Source of the DNA: a virus | Virus record (IMG/VR): IMGVR_UViG_3300047388_000211 | Location: 4,318 to 68,317 of that record | Strand: one strand, 5' to 3' | DNA: 64,000 nt | Shown: positions 1 to 9,408 of the stretch, piece after piece | How positions within the stretch are numbered: position 1 is the first letter of the stretch | Layout: each line of letters begins with the position of its first letter | Program-made: the position numbers and the translations under genes | Notes under the pieces: model-generated | Told to the model about the DNA's origin: nothing | What the model saw: the letters and a program-made list of their open reading frames with translations, nothing else | The model's database searches: none

Positions 1-1155
1 GATGTCGCTCCGCACGGCGGATTGCGTTGTGCTTTGAAAGGACTGTTCCGGGGTGATCGAATAATTCGAGAGGAACAGGTTTAAGGAATTGTTCTCCAGC
101 GCCTCGTTATACATCGATTCCCACCAATAGAGCTGATCGCGTTCCAGGGTCACGGGCTTTCCAACCAGCTCTTCGGAGGTATTGTAAACCTTCCAGGCGG
201 TTTGCAGCGTCTGTTCATTCGGTTTCCAGCCGTCGGGAGGATGGCGGCGGTACTTCTTCGGTTCCGCATAGAAGGGCACGAACATATAGGACCAGCGCGG
301 CATCCTCTTCTTGCGGCAGCGTTCGGCAAAGGCATACCACCAGTTCTTGCGTCCCTGGGGTGTGGTTTCCAGAATACAGAAGGAATAGGGGTGCTGGGGA
401 ATGGTCGGGAGAAAGTCCAATTCAATCTGACGGGGGTAGGGAAACTGGGAGACCTCCGTCAAGTGAGAGACATCAAACTGACGCCCGGTACCAATCCCGG
501 ACTGCTGCTTGCCATGCTGGTAGAGAATGCGCGATCCGTGCTCTTCGCCAAATTGGATGTGCTCGGCTTTCTTATCGAAGCCAGTCGAACGGTCGCCCCA
601 GCCTGCGGGCTTCAGGAAGAACGGCAGGTGGTCGAGGATCAACTTATCGCGGCTGTAGAGTTCTAAGGTTTTGTCTTCATCGACCGACGCCGACATGGCG
701 CGGGTATGGGGCCAGAATACGAGCCGATGGCAGATGATGGCCCTGGCGATCATCGTATGGCCGAGCTGTCGGCCTCCTTTATTATCCGCGATCAGGATGC
801 CATCGCAGGGGTAGCCCTTGTCGTAGTAGTCGATATTCTTCTCTTCGAGCTTCGCGATGAGGTTCAAGAGAATCTGCTGGGACTCCCAGAAAGTTTGGGA
901 GAAGGGGCCCACCCCTCCGCCTTCCACCCCATCGCGCTCAATCTGGAAATAGCGCAAGGCGTAATAGAAATCCTGCTGGGAGAGGACCTGTTCATTGCGG
1001 ATGAAGGCCAGATCGTCATGGGTGGGACGGAGCTTCCGCTTCTCGACATAGGCCGCCAGTTCCCAGGATTCCTCCTGGGTGTAGCGGTGGAGCTTGACGC
1101 CCAGCTCGGCTTCAATCTTTTCGCAATGCTTCGTCGTTATCGTCGCGCTGTACAT
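1..1155 (-). CDS. terL: Terminase large subunit (ATPase domain; runs off the window edge)
   Basis: Not in the ORF track; hand translation from ATG 1155 (MYSATITTKHCEKIEAELG...) stays open to position 1. Walker A-like KGGRQLGHT, Walker B-like VSHLTEVS, motif III ILETTPQG. Confidence 0.88.
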   Translation of the reverse strand, partial: MYSATITTKHCEKIEAELGVKLHRYTQEESWELAAYVEKRKLRPTHDDLAFIRNEQVLSQQDFYYALRYFQIERDGVEGGGVGPFSQTFWESQQILLNLIAKLEEKNIDYYDKGYPCDGILIADNKGGRQLGHTMIARAIICHRLVFWPHTRAMSASVDEDKTLELYSRDKLILDHLPFFLKPAGWGDRSTGFDKKAEHIQFGEEHGSRILYQHGKQQSGIGTGRQFDVSHLTEVSQFPYPRQIELDFLPTIPQHPYSFCILETTPQGRKNWWYAFAERCRKKRMPRWSYMFVPFYAEPKKYRRHPPDGWKPNEQTLQTAWKVYNTSEELVGKPVTLERDQLYWWESMYNEALENNSLNLFLSNYSITPEQSFQSTTQSAVRSDI

Positions 1156-1378
1156 CTTCTCTTCGATAGCGGTCCACGGTCTCGCGGATGAAATCCTCTT
1201 CTTCGTCCGTATAGGAGAGGGTGGGGGGCGGGCCGGACGTATCGGTCTTGGGCGGTCTCAGGTAGATCCGCTTTTCAGCGAGTTCGGCTTCCCAGCACTC
1301 GGCTAGTCTCTCTAACTGGTCTCGGATCAAACGGAGTTCCTTGACGACGGGCTTTAACCTCAGGAAGGTGACATTCAT
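1112..1378 (-). CDS. Hypothetical protein
   Basis: 88-aa ORF overlapping the terL start, in operon orientation. Confidence 0.6.
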   Translation of the reverse strand: MNVTFLRLKPVVKELRLIRDQLERLAECWEAELAEKRIYLRPPKTDTSGPPPTLSYTDEEEDFIRETVDRYRREDVQRDDNDEALRKD

Positions 1379-1560
1379 AGTGGTGGTTCCAATCCTTACT
1401 ACACGTCAGGCAGACCGAGAATACCGGAGGAGCCCGCCGTATTTCCACCTTCGTGATCCGGATATTGTCCTGCATGCAGGAGCATTGGGGGGAATCGGCC
1501 CAGTGCCAGATGTTATCCCAGGAGCGGACCCATTCGCGGCCTTCGTGGAGGCGACTCAGC

Positions 1561-2058
1561 TCATCGTGGAAGCTTAGTGGCAAGTCCGGTGTCCACGTCG
1601 TAGATTTCTTTGGATCGCTCATATCGCTCACGGGGTTTGTCCTCATATTGTTTGATCTCGGGGGGCGGGAGGAATCGGGGGGAGACGAGAACCCAGGCAT
1701 GGGTTGAGAGTCCGGGGACCTTGCCGGAATAGGGGACACCCAGCATCCCGATAAAGTGAGGCGCATCGCCATTGAAGATGGTATCGGCAATTCCCTGGTA
1801 GAGGGGGTTCGGCCCCAGTCCCGGCATGGGCAGCCCGGAATGGGGGTTCTTGGTGGACCAGGGGTGCCAGTAGCACCAACGTCCGGCGACCTTGCCGGAG
1901 ACAATATCGATGCGCTGCCAGACGCGGGGTGGCTCGTTTGCGACTTCCTGGATATACTTGCCCCCGAGGGGATACTCCGTGGGAAGGTCCGCCGTCAGGG
2001 AAGCGACGTCGGACTGATCCGACGCTTGCTGCCAGTCCTTAACTTTCAGATTTTCCAT
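1561..2058 (-). CDS. Hypothetical protein
   Basis: 165-aa ATG ORF overlapping the upstream gene end. Confidence 0.6.
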   Translation of the reverse strand: MENLKVKDWQQASDQSDVASLTADLPTEYPLGGKYIQEVANEPPRVWQRIDIVSGKVAGRWCYWHPWSTKNPHSGLPMPGLGPNPLYQGIADTIFNGDAPHFIGMLGVPYSGKVPGLSTHAWVLVSPRFLPPPEIKQYEDKPRERYERSKEIYDVDTGLATKLPR

Positions 2059-2677
2059 CGCTAGACACTACCTCTGCTTCAATCGTTTTGTCGAGCACAA
2101 TAGATCGAGTGCGCTTCAGCATCTGTTCCAGTTTCGCATCCCCAATATGGATGTTGGTCTGGACGGCGACATTGGGGGCCTGACCGGTGAGCTTCGCGGA
2201 TTCAAACACCAGATCCCGGGCATGGCGGTCGCCGACCTTCTTGATATAGCGCTGCCCCTCGCACAAAGGACACTCGCGGCCTTCCTCCTCATTCACGGCA
2301 ATGGTTCCCAGCGCGTCACACCTTGGGCAGGGTTGGACGGTCGTTTTTGCATCCTCGGCCACATCCGACATGATCTGGGGCAGCTCATTCATCATCTTCA
2401 AGAGGCCGATATGTCTCATACCGTCGGAATAGAGGGCCTGGATCTCCTGGAGGGGGATCTGCGCCTTGCGGAGAAGCGAGGAGAAGGAGTACTTCCGGTA
2501 GGCGGGATCGACCATGAGTCCAAAGAGGATTTGATACTTGGGGAGGTCGTTGGAATCGAGGAATAGGCGGAGGGCTTCCATATTGATGGATTTCTCAAAT
2601 CTCTTCACGGCCTTGTCGGCGGGAGGGTAGGCCGGAACCTTTCTACCGTACCTATCTTTCTTCGCTTTCTTCTTCAC
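2039..2677 (-). CDS. Putative terminase small subunit with DnaJ-like Zn finger
   Basis: Upstream of terL; helical N-terminus; CPRCDALG...CPLCEGQR; C-terminal beta-type VAVQTNIHIGD tail. Confidence 0.4.
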   Translation of the reverse strand: MKKKAKKDRYGRKVPAYPPADKAVKRFEKSINMEALRLFLDSNDLPKYQILFGLMVDPAYRKYSFSSLLRKAQIPLQEIQALYSDGMRHIGLLKMMNELPQIMSDVAEDAKTTVQPCPRCDALGTIAVNEEEGRECPLCEGQRYIKKVGDRHARDLVFESAKLTGQAPNVAVQTNIHIGDAKLEQMLKRTRSIVLDKTIEAEVVSSDGKSES

Positions 2678-2970
2678 CCGATGATCCTTTCAAAGCTGTA
2701 AGACTCCCGGATATTCCAATAGAAGTAAGAACCATGGGACGGGGCATCCATCAGACCATTCGCCACTTCCAGGGGAACCTGATAATAACGATAGACCGAG
2801 CCATCGAGGAAGGCGACATCGAGTTCATTGGTGTCGAGGTTATAGCTCACCGCAGCCAGATTCGAGGATTCGACCTGGAGGAACTTGGCTCCCAGGGCCT
2901 CAATCTCGGCTGCGGTGGAGGTCCCCATCCACTGGGAGAGCAGATCTCGCATAATGTCATTTCTCGACAT
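2674..2970 (-). CDS. KTSC domain protein
   Basis: VESSNLAAVSY...LDVAFLDGSVYRYYQVP...APSHGSYFYWNIR matches the KTSC pattern. Confidence 0.85.
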   Translation of the reverse strand: MSRNDIMRDLLSQWMGTSTAAEIEALGAKFLQVESSNLAAVSYNLDTNELDVAFLDGSVYRYYQVPLEVANGLMDAPSHGSYFYWNIRESYSFERIIG

Positions 2971-3442
2971 CTAGCCTCAATATACGCTCATTCCCATAAG
3001 AGGAGATTCTTTTTCGACACAGCACCCAGTAGGTTTCCGAGCGCCTTCCGGCTTTGAAGTTATGCCCGAATAGGGGTTCCCAGCCCTCCATGAGGGGGAG
3101 GGTGTGATCCAGGCGCACATCATGATCATTCCATTTGAAGGAGAGCATGGCCTGGGGGGTAGAAACCCGGTAGGCTTCCAGGCTGGATTGATGGATCAGG
3201 TCCTTGATCTCGGTTCCGGACAGGGAGCCGTAGTACTTCGCCATCATGGAAGATTCCCCGTGGACCATATGGGGAGGATCGAAGACGATGAGATCAAATA
3301 AGCCGTCCGGGAAGGGGAGATGGTGGGAATCCGCAACCACGTCCGGGAACATCTCCGGACGTTTATCGATGAAGACCGTATCCGGATAGAGACGCTGGAA
3401 CCAGATATTCCGTTTCCCGGCGCTCATATCGAGGATTTTCAC
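2957..3442 (-). CDS. Small phage SAM-dependent (probably DNA amino-) methyltransferase
   Basis: ILDMSAGKRNIWF motif I; FDLIVFDPPH catalytic-type motif; FKW. Confidence 0.8.
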   Translation of the reverse strand: MKILDMSAGKRNIWFQRLYPDTVFIDKRPEMFPDVVADSHHLPFPDGLFDLIVFDPPHMVHGESSMMAKYYGSLSGTEIKDLIHQSSLEAYRVSTPQAMLSFKWNDHDVRLDHTLPLMEGWEPLFGHNFKAGRRSETYWVLCRKRISSYGNERILRLDVEK

Positions 3443-3624
3443 TGAGAAAACAGCTCAATGATGGTTGAATCCGAGAGGTCTCCGCCAAGCGATGGGTCTT
3501 TCATAATATAGCGGGCTGTTCCTAATGTCATGATTCCATAGGAAGGCGGGCCATTACTGAGACTGCTATCCAGCGCATCGTGATACGCCTTCTCCAGACA
3601 CGCAAAATCGATTGAATCGCTCAT
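3439..3624 (-). CDS. Hypothetical protein, first gene of the leftward operon
   Basis: 61-aa ORF coupled to the methyltransferase start. Confidence 0.45.
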   Translation of the reverse strand: MSDSIDFACLEKAYHDALDSSLSNGPPSYGIMTLGTARYIMKDPSLGGDLSDSTIIELFSQ

Positions 3625-4598
3625 AATGGGTATATTTGTACCATAAAAACACCAAAACCGGAGCTTTTGACCCCGGTTTCGATGCCGATTTGCATGTGAG
3701 AGTTTACTTCAGACTTGCCAAACGTATCTCAAAAGATGTAGAAGTGTCAACATGCAATCGATGCTGCATGGTGAGAGTCCATCCCGCCTGAAGCTGGAAG
3801 CCAGAAACCCGACAAGTTTTCTCGGGGATAGAGATCATGGCTACGGTCAAATTGGAACCTTTGGTGTATCGGGTAATAGTCACCGTAACCCATTCCTCGG
3901 CCCCTGGCCGGGAGATTCACAGGGCGATTCGCTAGACACGCGCTTTAATCCTATAAGAAGCGCGAGGCTCTCGTAACTCACGGAAAGAAATCGGGTTACC
4001 CGTGAAGAGCCTCTGATGCGATCCCAAGCTGTGGGACCCTCCTATAGCCCGTACCTTGTAACGCAGTCATGGATGACGAAGTGGTTTATTTTCAAATGGA
4101 TCAAGGACGTCCCGCCTCAGTTCTTCCGGAATATATCGTCAAGATTCTAGATTTTTTTGGTAATAGCGTGGTGATGCGCCCCGCCCCACACAGGTCTTCA
4201 ACCCCCTAGACAATGTGAACCAAACCCCAGGTCTATACCCAACTACAGGGTTGGAAATGGGAGAGGGAAAACAATGAAAGTCAAGGGAAAAGAAGACTCC
4301 GGTAGAAATAACGGAATATGCGCTGATTTACATATTGCCTATATACATAGTCACAATGTTTTGAGAGAATATGGGTGTAGTCGATAGGTTTGAAGTAGTG
4401 AAGTAGTTGAGTCTACTTGCACGCGAAGGCGAAACGGTTTTCAGCCCTTTTGGGTACGTTGTCTCTCGCGACCTGCACTCACGGATATAGCTTGAAACCT
4501 CAGAATGCCAGTCATGAATAAGCCTCAAGTGTGCCTTGTGGTTTTTCACTGCCATGAATCGACATTTGCACACAATTCAAAAGAAAGAGGACATACAA
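3625..4598. promoter_or_regulatory. Divergent control region between the two transcription arms
   Basis: About 1 kb without a convincing ORF, lower GC, several hairpins, genes diverge from it. Confidence 0.6.
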
Positions 4599-5360
4599 AT
4601 GTCAAAGAAAAATACAGCGGTTGCATCCAAGTTGAACTACTCGATTACGGAGATTGAAGGAAAGAAGGTCTTTGCTCTCTCCGCTTCTTTTAAATCGACC
4701 TTAGTTCGGGATGCAACAACGATCGGTGAAGCAGTTCACAACATGCGTGCGGCGGCGGCTGGCAAGGCAGAGCTTGCTCTGAATATCACGGAAGCCTTCG
4801 ACGTATGGAAAGATAAGATTGGTGGTTCTGGACTCCCGGAGTTTGTCCATCTGTTCGTGGATACCACATGCCCCGACAAGTACGGGAAAGTGGGAAGCGA
4901 GCAGAGACGGCAGATTACGACCAACAAGGTCTTTACGGGTATCGAGGCAATGGTCAAGAATGCACGCTCCGCTTTGAAGATACGGGCGGAGCGGCAGAAA
5001 CTCATTGCTTCCGGTAAAGATCCGGATTCAGCCGGTGATACGCGCGATTACAACAAAGATGTGCGAGACGCAAAGGCCGCTGCTTTTACGAAGGCCTTCA
5101 CTCGCTCCATCGTCTCATTCGATAAATTCGGTATCACGGAAACCACCATTTCCAATTTCCTCATTCTCGTTCTGAAGAAGAAAGAAAAAGAGAATGATGA
5201 GCTCAACAAGCAAGGCCAGGATTTGAGAGACGCTGCAATTAAAGCCTTGTTTATCAGTCGGGGAATGAAGATTGAAGAGAAGGAACCGAAGCCTTCCGAT
5301 ACTCCTGAACTGATGGAAACCTTGAAGAAGGCCGCGAAAACAGCAAAGTCCAAGAAGTAA
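4599..5360 (+). CDS. Lys-rich hypothetical early protein
   Basis: ATG 4599 after AGAGGA RBS; followed by a terminator. Confidence 0.75.
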   Translation: MSKKNTAVASKLNYSITEIEGKKVFALSASFKSTLVRDATTIGEAVHNMRAAAAGKAELALNITEAFDVWKDKIGGSGLPEFVHLFVDTTCPDKYGKVGSEQRRQITTNKVFTGIEAMVKNARSALKIRAERQKLIASGKDPDSAGDTRDYNKDVRDAKAAAFTKAFTRSIVSFDKFGITETTISNFLILVLKKKEKENDELNKQGQDLRDAAIKALFISRGMKIEEKEPKPSDTPELMETLKKAAKTAKSKK

Positions 5361-5367
5361 GACACGC

Positions 5368-5397
5368 GCCGGGTGTGAAAGCACCCGGCTTTTCTTT
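5368..5397 (+). terminator. Intrinsic terminator
   Basis: GCCGGGTGT-GAAA-GCACCCGGC then TTTTCTTT. Confidence 0.85.
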
Positions 5398-5410
5398 CAT
5401 GGAGGATACA

Positions 5411-5500
5411 ATGTTTAGAATAAATGGTTTCCGTCTACTCATCTGGATTTACGTGGCAGCTCTGCTCACCTTCGCATGGTTCATTAAGGATTTACCCTAG
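5411..5500 (+). CDS. 29-aa single-TM peptide
   Basis: GGAGGA RBS; MFRINGFRLLIWIYVAALLTFAWFIKDLP. Confidence 0.55.
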   Translation: MFRINGFRLLIWIYVAALLTFAWFIKDLP

Positions 5501-5505
5501 ATTGC

Positions 5506-5542
5506 ATGCCTTCCGGTGTAACAACCGGATGGCATTTTTTTT
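5506..5542 (+). terminator. Intrinsic terminator
   Basis: ATGCCTTCCGGT...ACCGGATGGCAT stem followed by a T run. Confidence 0.8.
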
Positions 5543-5571
5543 GCCTTCAAATTGATTGTAATATTTCCGCC

Positions 5572-5940
5572 ATGTATACCAATGCCGTCTCACTCCCAGA
5601 TGGTTCCGAAATCTCACCACGTTTGCCCAGGATCGTACCCAATGGCTTTGTTCGATACTCAGGCCGTCTGGATTGGTGCTGTCCCTTCTGTGACCATTTG
5701 AACATCACCTATTTAAAAGCCCCCTACAAAGCCCTACGCTGTAATGGAGAGGGGTGTCGGGGCATATGGGAGCACGGGATTGTGCTCTATCAAAGCCCTA
5801 GGGGCGTCAAAACCCCTCCACGCGATACCCTATTCATTGCGGGAGGCTTTAGCCTCCGGCGCTTAGTCAACCGCGTCTACTGTGACCTGTGCTCTGTGTT
5901 GATAACAAAGCCCTATGAAAAGAAAGAGAGTGATTTATGA
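5572..5940 (+). CDS. Zn-ribbon hypothetical protein
   Basis: CPFC, CNGEGC, CDLC motifs; start uncertain. Confidence 0.55.
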   Translation: MYTNAVSLPDGSEISPRLPRIVPNGFVRYSGRLDWCCPFCDHLNITYLKAPYKALRCNGEGCRGIWEHGIVLYQSPRGVKTPPRDTLFIAGGFSLRRLVNRVYCDLCSVLITKPYEKKESDL

Positions 5941-6080
5941 CGATGGAATATAAAGTCAGCTTCATTGTTGCGGACCCTACCATTCATTCCGAATCCGAAG
6001 TGTTGAGCTATATCAAAACCCTGGAGATTTATAACTGGATTGAAGATTTAAAAATAGAGTTGAAAAACTCTGACGAGTGA
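5937..6080 (+). CDS. 47-aa hypothetical protein
   Basis: ATGA-coupled ORF MTMEYKVSFIVADP... Confidence 0.45.
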   Translation: MTMEYKVSFIVADPTIHSESEVLSYIKTLEIYNWIEDLKIELKNSDE

Positions 6081-6606
6081 GCTAAATAAATAAATGCGGT
6101 GGGCTTACTTAGTTCCCACTAAGGACAGCCTACTGGAGTCGGGTGCCCACCGCACGCAAAACCACTGATTCCAGGCGTGATAATTGAATGACTCCGATTC
6201 AAACCAAACAAATCGGTGAGCCATCTGAAATGACACGCACTCGTGTTTCTAATGCGGCGGAACTGGGTTGTTCGCAAACCCTCCACGTGTCGCGGAGCTG
6301 GGGATACTCAAGAAACGTGGGATAGCGAATCAGGTGACGGGCGACGGGGTATACCGTTCAGTTACTTGAAAAAGAATCCTCCTTTCGGAAGAGAGGAGGA
6401 ACTCTCACAGGATCAAAGCTCAAAGGTTCCCGTTTCTAAGAGGGGGAGAGTGCTAAAACCTTTCACATCGCTCTAAGCTCACAATAACATATCAAATATG
6501 AAAAAGCAAGAAGAAGAAAGCTGGCTCGTGATTGATAAGTGTAAGAAATGTAAAATGCACACGCTCATTGACTGGCTCACCCGTTTATGTTTTGAATGTA
6601 GGGCAG

Positions 6607-7173
6607 ATGACCTTCAAAGAAGCCTTTGAATACTCCGGTAAAGTGGCCGGATCGTTTGAACCCGATTGCTGTGAACACCTGTGGAATGCGGCCATCCAAA
6701 CCCATGGCACTATGGTTGAGGTTGGGGTGCATTACGGGCGTAGTGCATCACTCATTGTTCAAGCAGCAAGCGTGCATGGCAATAAAGTCATCCTCATTGA
6801 TCCCTGGTCCGATGTCACGATGTATGAAGAAGTAAGGGATCGCTTCGCGAGAGACTTCCCTGAAGTGGAAACCATTTGCTTGAAAATGAATTCACAGGAT
6901 GCGCTACTCGATTTGCTTCAACGCAAAGCCATCGATAGCCCACTCGCTCTGGTGCATATCGATGCCTTTCATGCGATTGATGAGAATGGATACAATCATC
7001 CCTGGATGGATGCCCAACACTGGACACCACTCTTAAAGAGGGGCGGCTTTGCCTGCTTTCATGACTATGATCCTGTGATCTTCCCGGACATTGTTCGGGC
7101 CGTCGATCATTTTACTTCTCACTGGAAAGACCTCGGCACCATCGGAACCCTCGCGATTCGACAGAAGCCGTAA
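6607..7173 (+). CDS. Class I SAM methyltransferase (Methyltransf_24-like)
   Basis: MVEVGVHYGRS, VHIDAFH, LKRGGFACFHDY; likely start at MTFKEAF. Confidence 0.8.
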   Translation: MTFKEAFEYSGKVAGSFEPDCCEHLWNAAIQTHGTMVEVGVHYGRSASLIVQAASVHGNKVILIDPWSDVTMYEEVRDRFARDFPEVETICLKMNSQDALLDLLQRKAIDSPLALVHIDAFHAIDENGYNHPWMDAQHWTPLLKRGGFACFHDYDPVIFPDIVRAVDHFTSHWKDLGTIGTLAIRQKP

Positions 7174-7206
7174 TACCGAAAAACCGCCCGATTTCCACTC
7201 ACCCCC

Positions 7207-7235
7207 TTGTCCTAAGCCTCAATATACTGTAGAAT
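7207..7235 (+). promoter_or_regulatory. Sigma70-type promoter
   Basis: TTGTCC-17 nt-TAGAAT upstream of the AAGGAG RBS of 7284. Confidence 0.5.
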
Positions 7236-7283
7236 AGTAGTGTAAGGTGATAGTTTGAAGTTAATGAATTTAAAGGAGTTGCT

Positions 7284-7514
7284 ATGAAGAGATTGTTTGA
7301 GTATCACTCGGAGTTGGAAACCAAGAGCGAGCCGGACTTTAAGTTCTATGTCATGGCCGAAGATAGCGTGGAAGCGGACACCAATGCAGCCAATTGGTTT
7401 GAAGCCAACTATGGAACCAACGACAAGTTCCATGGCCGGGACCGGATCATTCAGTGTTGCCGATGGAGTGTGGAAATAGCTCCGGCGATTGAGCCGGAAG
7501 AAAGAAGGAAGTGA
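7284..7514 (+). CDS. Hypothetical protein
   Basis: Strong RBS, 76 aa. Confidence 0.65.
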   Translation: MKRLFEYHSELETKSEPDFKFYVMAEDSVEADTNAANWFEANYGTNDKFHGRDRIIQCCRWSVEIAPAIEPEERRK

Positions 7515-7515
7515 A

Positions 7516-7701
7516 ATGACAGTTTTAGCCGTTATGGATTGTGGTCACGACATGCTCATCCTGAATCTGGAACAGATCCCTCAGGAGAAGCTGCCATTCG
7601 ATAAGAAAAAGGCATTAACCAAAGGCACAGCCCATATCCCTGGACCATGCCCTTCCTGTTCGGGTGTCTTCGGAAAGAAACCGAAAGGAGGAATCAACTA
7701 A
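7516..7701 (+). CDS. Zn-ribbon hypothetical protein
   Basis: CGH...CPSC. Confidence 0.6.
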   Translation: MTVLAVMDCGHDMLILNLEQIPQEKLPFDKKKALTKGTAHIPGPCPSCSGVFGKKPKGGIN

Positions 7702-7865
7702 TGGATCGCTGTCACATTTGCGACGAGAGAAGTGTTCCCACCAATTGTGTGGTGATGGATGGTCGGATTTATCCACTCTGCCCCGTCCATGTTCTCCAGG
7801 TGGCCGACTATCTGGTCACCATGCTTCAGGGTTGGTTACACGACCGACCAAAGGCGGGGCAATGA
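7701..7865 (+). CDS. Small Zn-binding hypothetical protein
   Basis: GGAGGA RBS; CHIC...CPVH. Confidence 0.55.
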   Translation: MDRCHICDERSVPTNCVVMDGRIYPLCPVHVLQVADYLVTMLQGWLHDRPKAGQ

Positions 7866-8068
7866 ACATTGAAAAGCCTCGCTGTACAGGATTGATCTGT
7901 ATTCGGGAAGCTGGGAGAGGCGGCCAGCTGCGCCATACCCATGTCTGTGGCTTAGAAGTGGGCCACGAGGGCAAATGCTTCTGTAAACGCTGTCAGAAGC
8001 CATTCACCTGCTATGAATGGAAACCACGTCCACGCAAGAGCCCGGTCGAAGTACCGGAGAATGGATGA
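7862..8068 (+). CDS. Cys/His-rich hypothetical protein
   Basis: ATGA-coupled; HVCGLEVGHEGKCFCKRC. Confidence 0.5.
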   Translation: MNIEKPRCTGLICIREAGRGGQLRHTHVCGLEVGHEGKCFCKRCQKPFTCYEWKPRPRKSPVEVPENG

Positions 8069-8070
8069 TT

Positions 8071-8385
8071 ATGAGTCTCAGAGAAAACATGATTGCGCTC
8101 GCGAAACTGAATCGCGAAGCCATCACCCTTCAGGATGAGTTCCTCACCGAACTCGCCGAGATCACCAAAGTCCTGGAACAGAAGTATTTCCCCAGGCTGA
8201 AAGCGATTGAAGAAGCTTCGGCTCAATTGAGAGAGACCATGAAGAATCATGCCAGTCTGGTCGAAGAGATCCACTGGCATGTCTATGATGCCCAGAACCA
8301 TGACACGGATGTCGATACCACGAAACGTATGAAAAAGAACTTCAACCTTCAAAAGAAAGCGAGAACTTTATATGAAATTAAGTGA
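8071..8385 (+). CDS. Coiled-coil hypothetical protein
   Basis: MSLRENMIALAKL..., helical; start uncertain. Confidence 0.55.
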   Translation: MSLRENMIALAKLNREAITLQDEFLTELAEITKVLEQKYFPRLKAIEEASAQLRETMKNHASLVEEIHWHVYDAQNHDTDVDTTKRMKKNFNLQKKARTLYEIK

Positions 8386-8773
8386 AGCGATTCGACTCGG
8401 TTCGACCATGAAACCTAAAACAGTGGGAGCCATGCGGGACCTTGTGGGAACCTGTGCCATTGGGGCGGCCTTTGATGCGATCGGAAAGCTCGATATAGCC
8501 TCAGGCATTGGACTGGGGCGCTTTTTCGAAGGCGTGCCCGAGGGAACCATTCAGAGCCCTGCCGCCGCGTTCGCCTCTGATTTGGGAGAGATTATCATGG
8601 ACCTCAACGACTCTCAGAAATGGACCCGTGAACAGATTGCCGACTGGGTGGAACTCCTGGAAGGCCCGGAGCCTCCGGAAACAATACCGGACCCGATACC
8701 GGCTCCCGAAGAAGAGCCGATCAAGGTTGGCATGGAGCGAAGCGATTATGCTGAGAACCATCAAACGGAATAA
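8372..8773 (+). CDS. Phage hypothetical protein (DUF6197-like)
   Basis: MKLSEAIRLG...CAIGAA...LNDSQKWTREQIADWVE. Confidence 0.65.
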   Translation: MKLSEAIRLGSTMKPKTVGAMRDLVGTCAIGAAFDAIGKLDIASGIGLGRFFEGVPEGTIQSPAAAFASDLGEIIMDLNDSQKWTREQIADWVELLEGPEPPETIPDPIPAPEEEPIKVGMERSDYAENHQTE

Positions 8774-9272
8774 AGACGGAACCGTGACCGAAACCGTACG
8801 AAAGCTCACAAGGCGCATACGAGCGCTCGATGGCTCTTTCCGCACCATGGTGTCCTTCGATGGTCAATCGTGGTCCTGGGACGAACGTGAGAAGGATTTG
8901 AGGCGTTCCTTGCAGAGTGCCCAGAACCTGCAAGGGAAGCAATGGACCAAAGAGAAGATCAAAGAGTTTGATGCCCGACTCAATCCCGGCATCAGGGACG
9001 ATGCCAAGCATGGAAGACCGGCAGCTTCCCCAATCTTGCTGCCGGTTGTTCAACATGGCGGAGTCATGTTGGGCAAAGCCAAAGGCAAAGCCCAGAAGTT
9101 CCGGAAGAACCTCCGGAGAAAGAAAGAACGCATTGTTAAAGTTGCGAAAGCAGTCCACTTTCACACTTGCCCAGGAGAAAAACATCCGTATGGACGGAGA
9201 CGCTTCTCCTGCTCGTGTGAACGTCCCCAAGCCCGACACGTCTTGTGTCTGGGCTTTAAATGTCCCTATTAA
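8748..9272 (+). CDS. Basic hypothetical protein with Cys/His C-terminus
   Basis: MLRTIKRNKDG...; start inferred. Confidence 0.55.
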   Translation: MLRTIKRNKDGTVTETVRKLTRRIRALDGSFRTMVSFDGQSWSWDEREKDLRRSLQSAQNLQGKQWTKEKIKEFDARLNPGIRDDAKHGRPAASPILLPVVQHGGVMLGKAKGKAQKFRKNLRRKKERIVKVAKAVHFHTCPGEKHPYGRRRFSCSCERPQARHVLCLGFKCPY

Positions 9273-9290
9273 ACCAAAAAGGAGAAAGTA

Positions 9291-9368
9291 ATGAACTTAT
9301 CGAAGAAAAAAGCATCCGGTAAAGCAGCCGGAGGTGGAAAGCGAGGTGGTAGGTTATCGGAAAAGTAG
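9291..9368 (+). CDS. 25-aa basic Gly/Lys peptide
   Basis: AAGGAG RBS; MNLSKKKASGKAAGGGKRGGRLSEK. Confidence 0.4.
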   Translation: MNLSKKKASGKAAGGGKRGGRLSEK

Positions 9369-9408
9369 AATAAGGAATCAGTAGCAAACAACCATTTAAC
9401 AGACTTAA

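Noticed and set aside
202-1191. Plus-strand ORFs 202..666 and 706..1191
   Set aside because: Antisense shadows of terL
1275-1904. 209-aa minus-strand ORF
   Set aside because: Mostly overlaps two better ORFs; only a short Cys-containing middle part might be real
6070-6165. Hammerhead ribozyme from CTGACGA
   Set aside because: No properly placed stem II-GAAA, and the motif lies in a coding end
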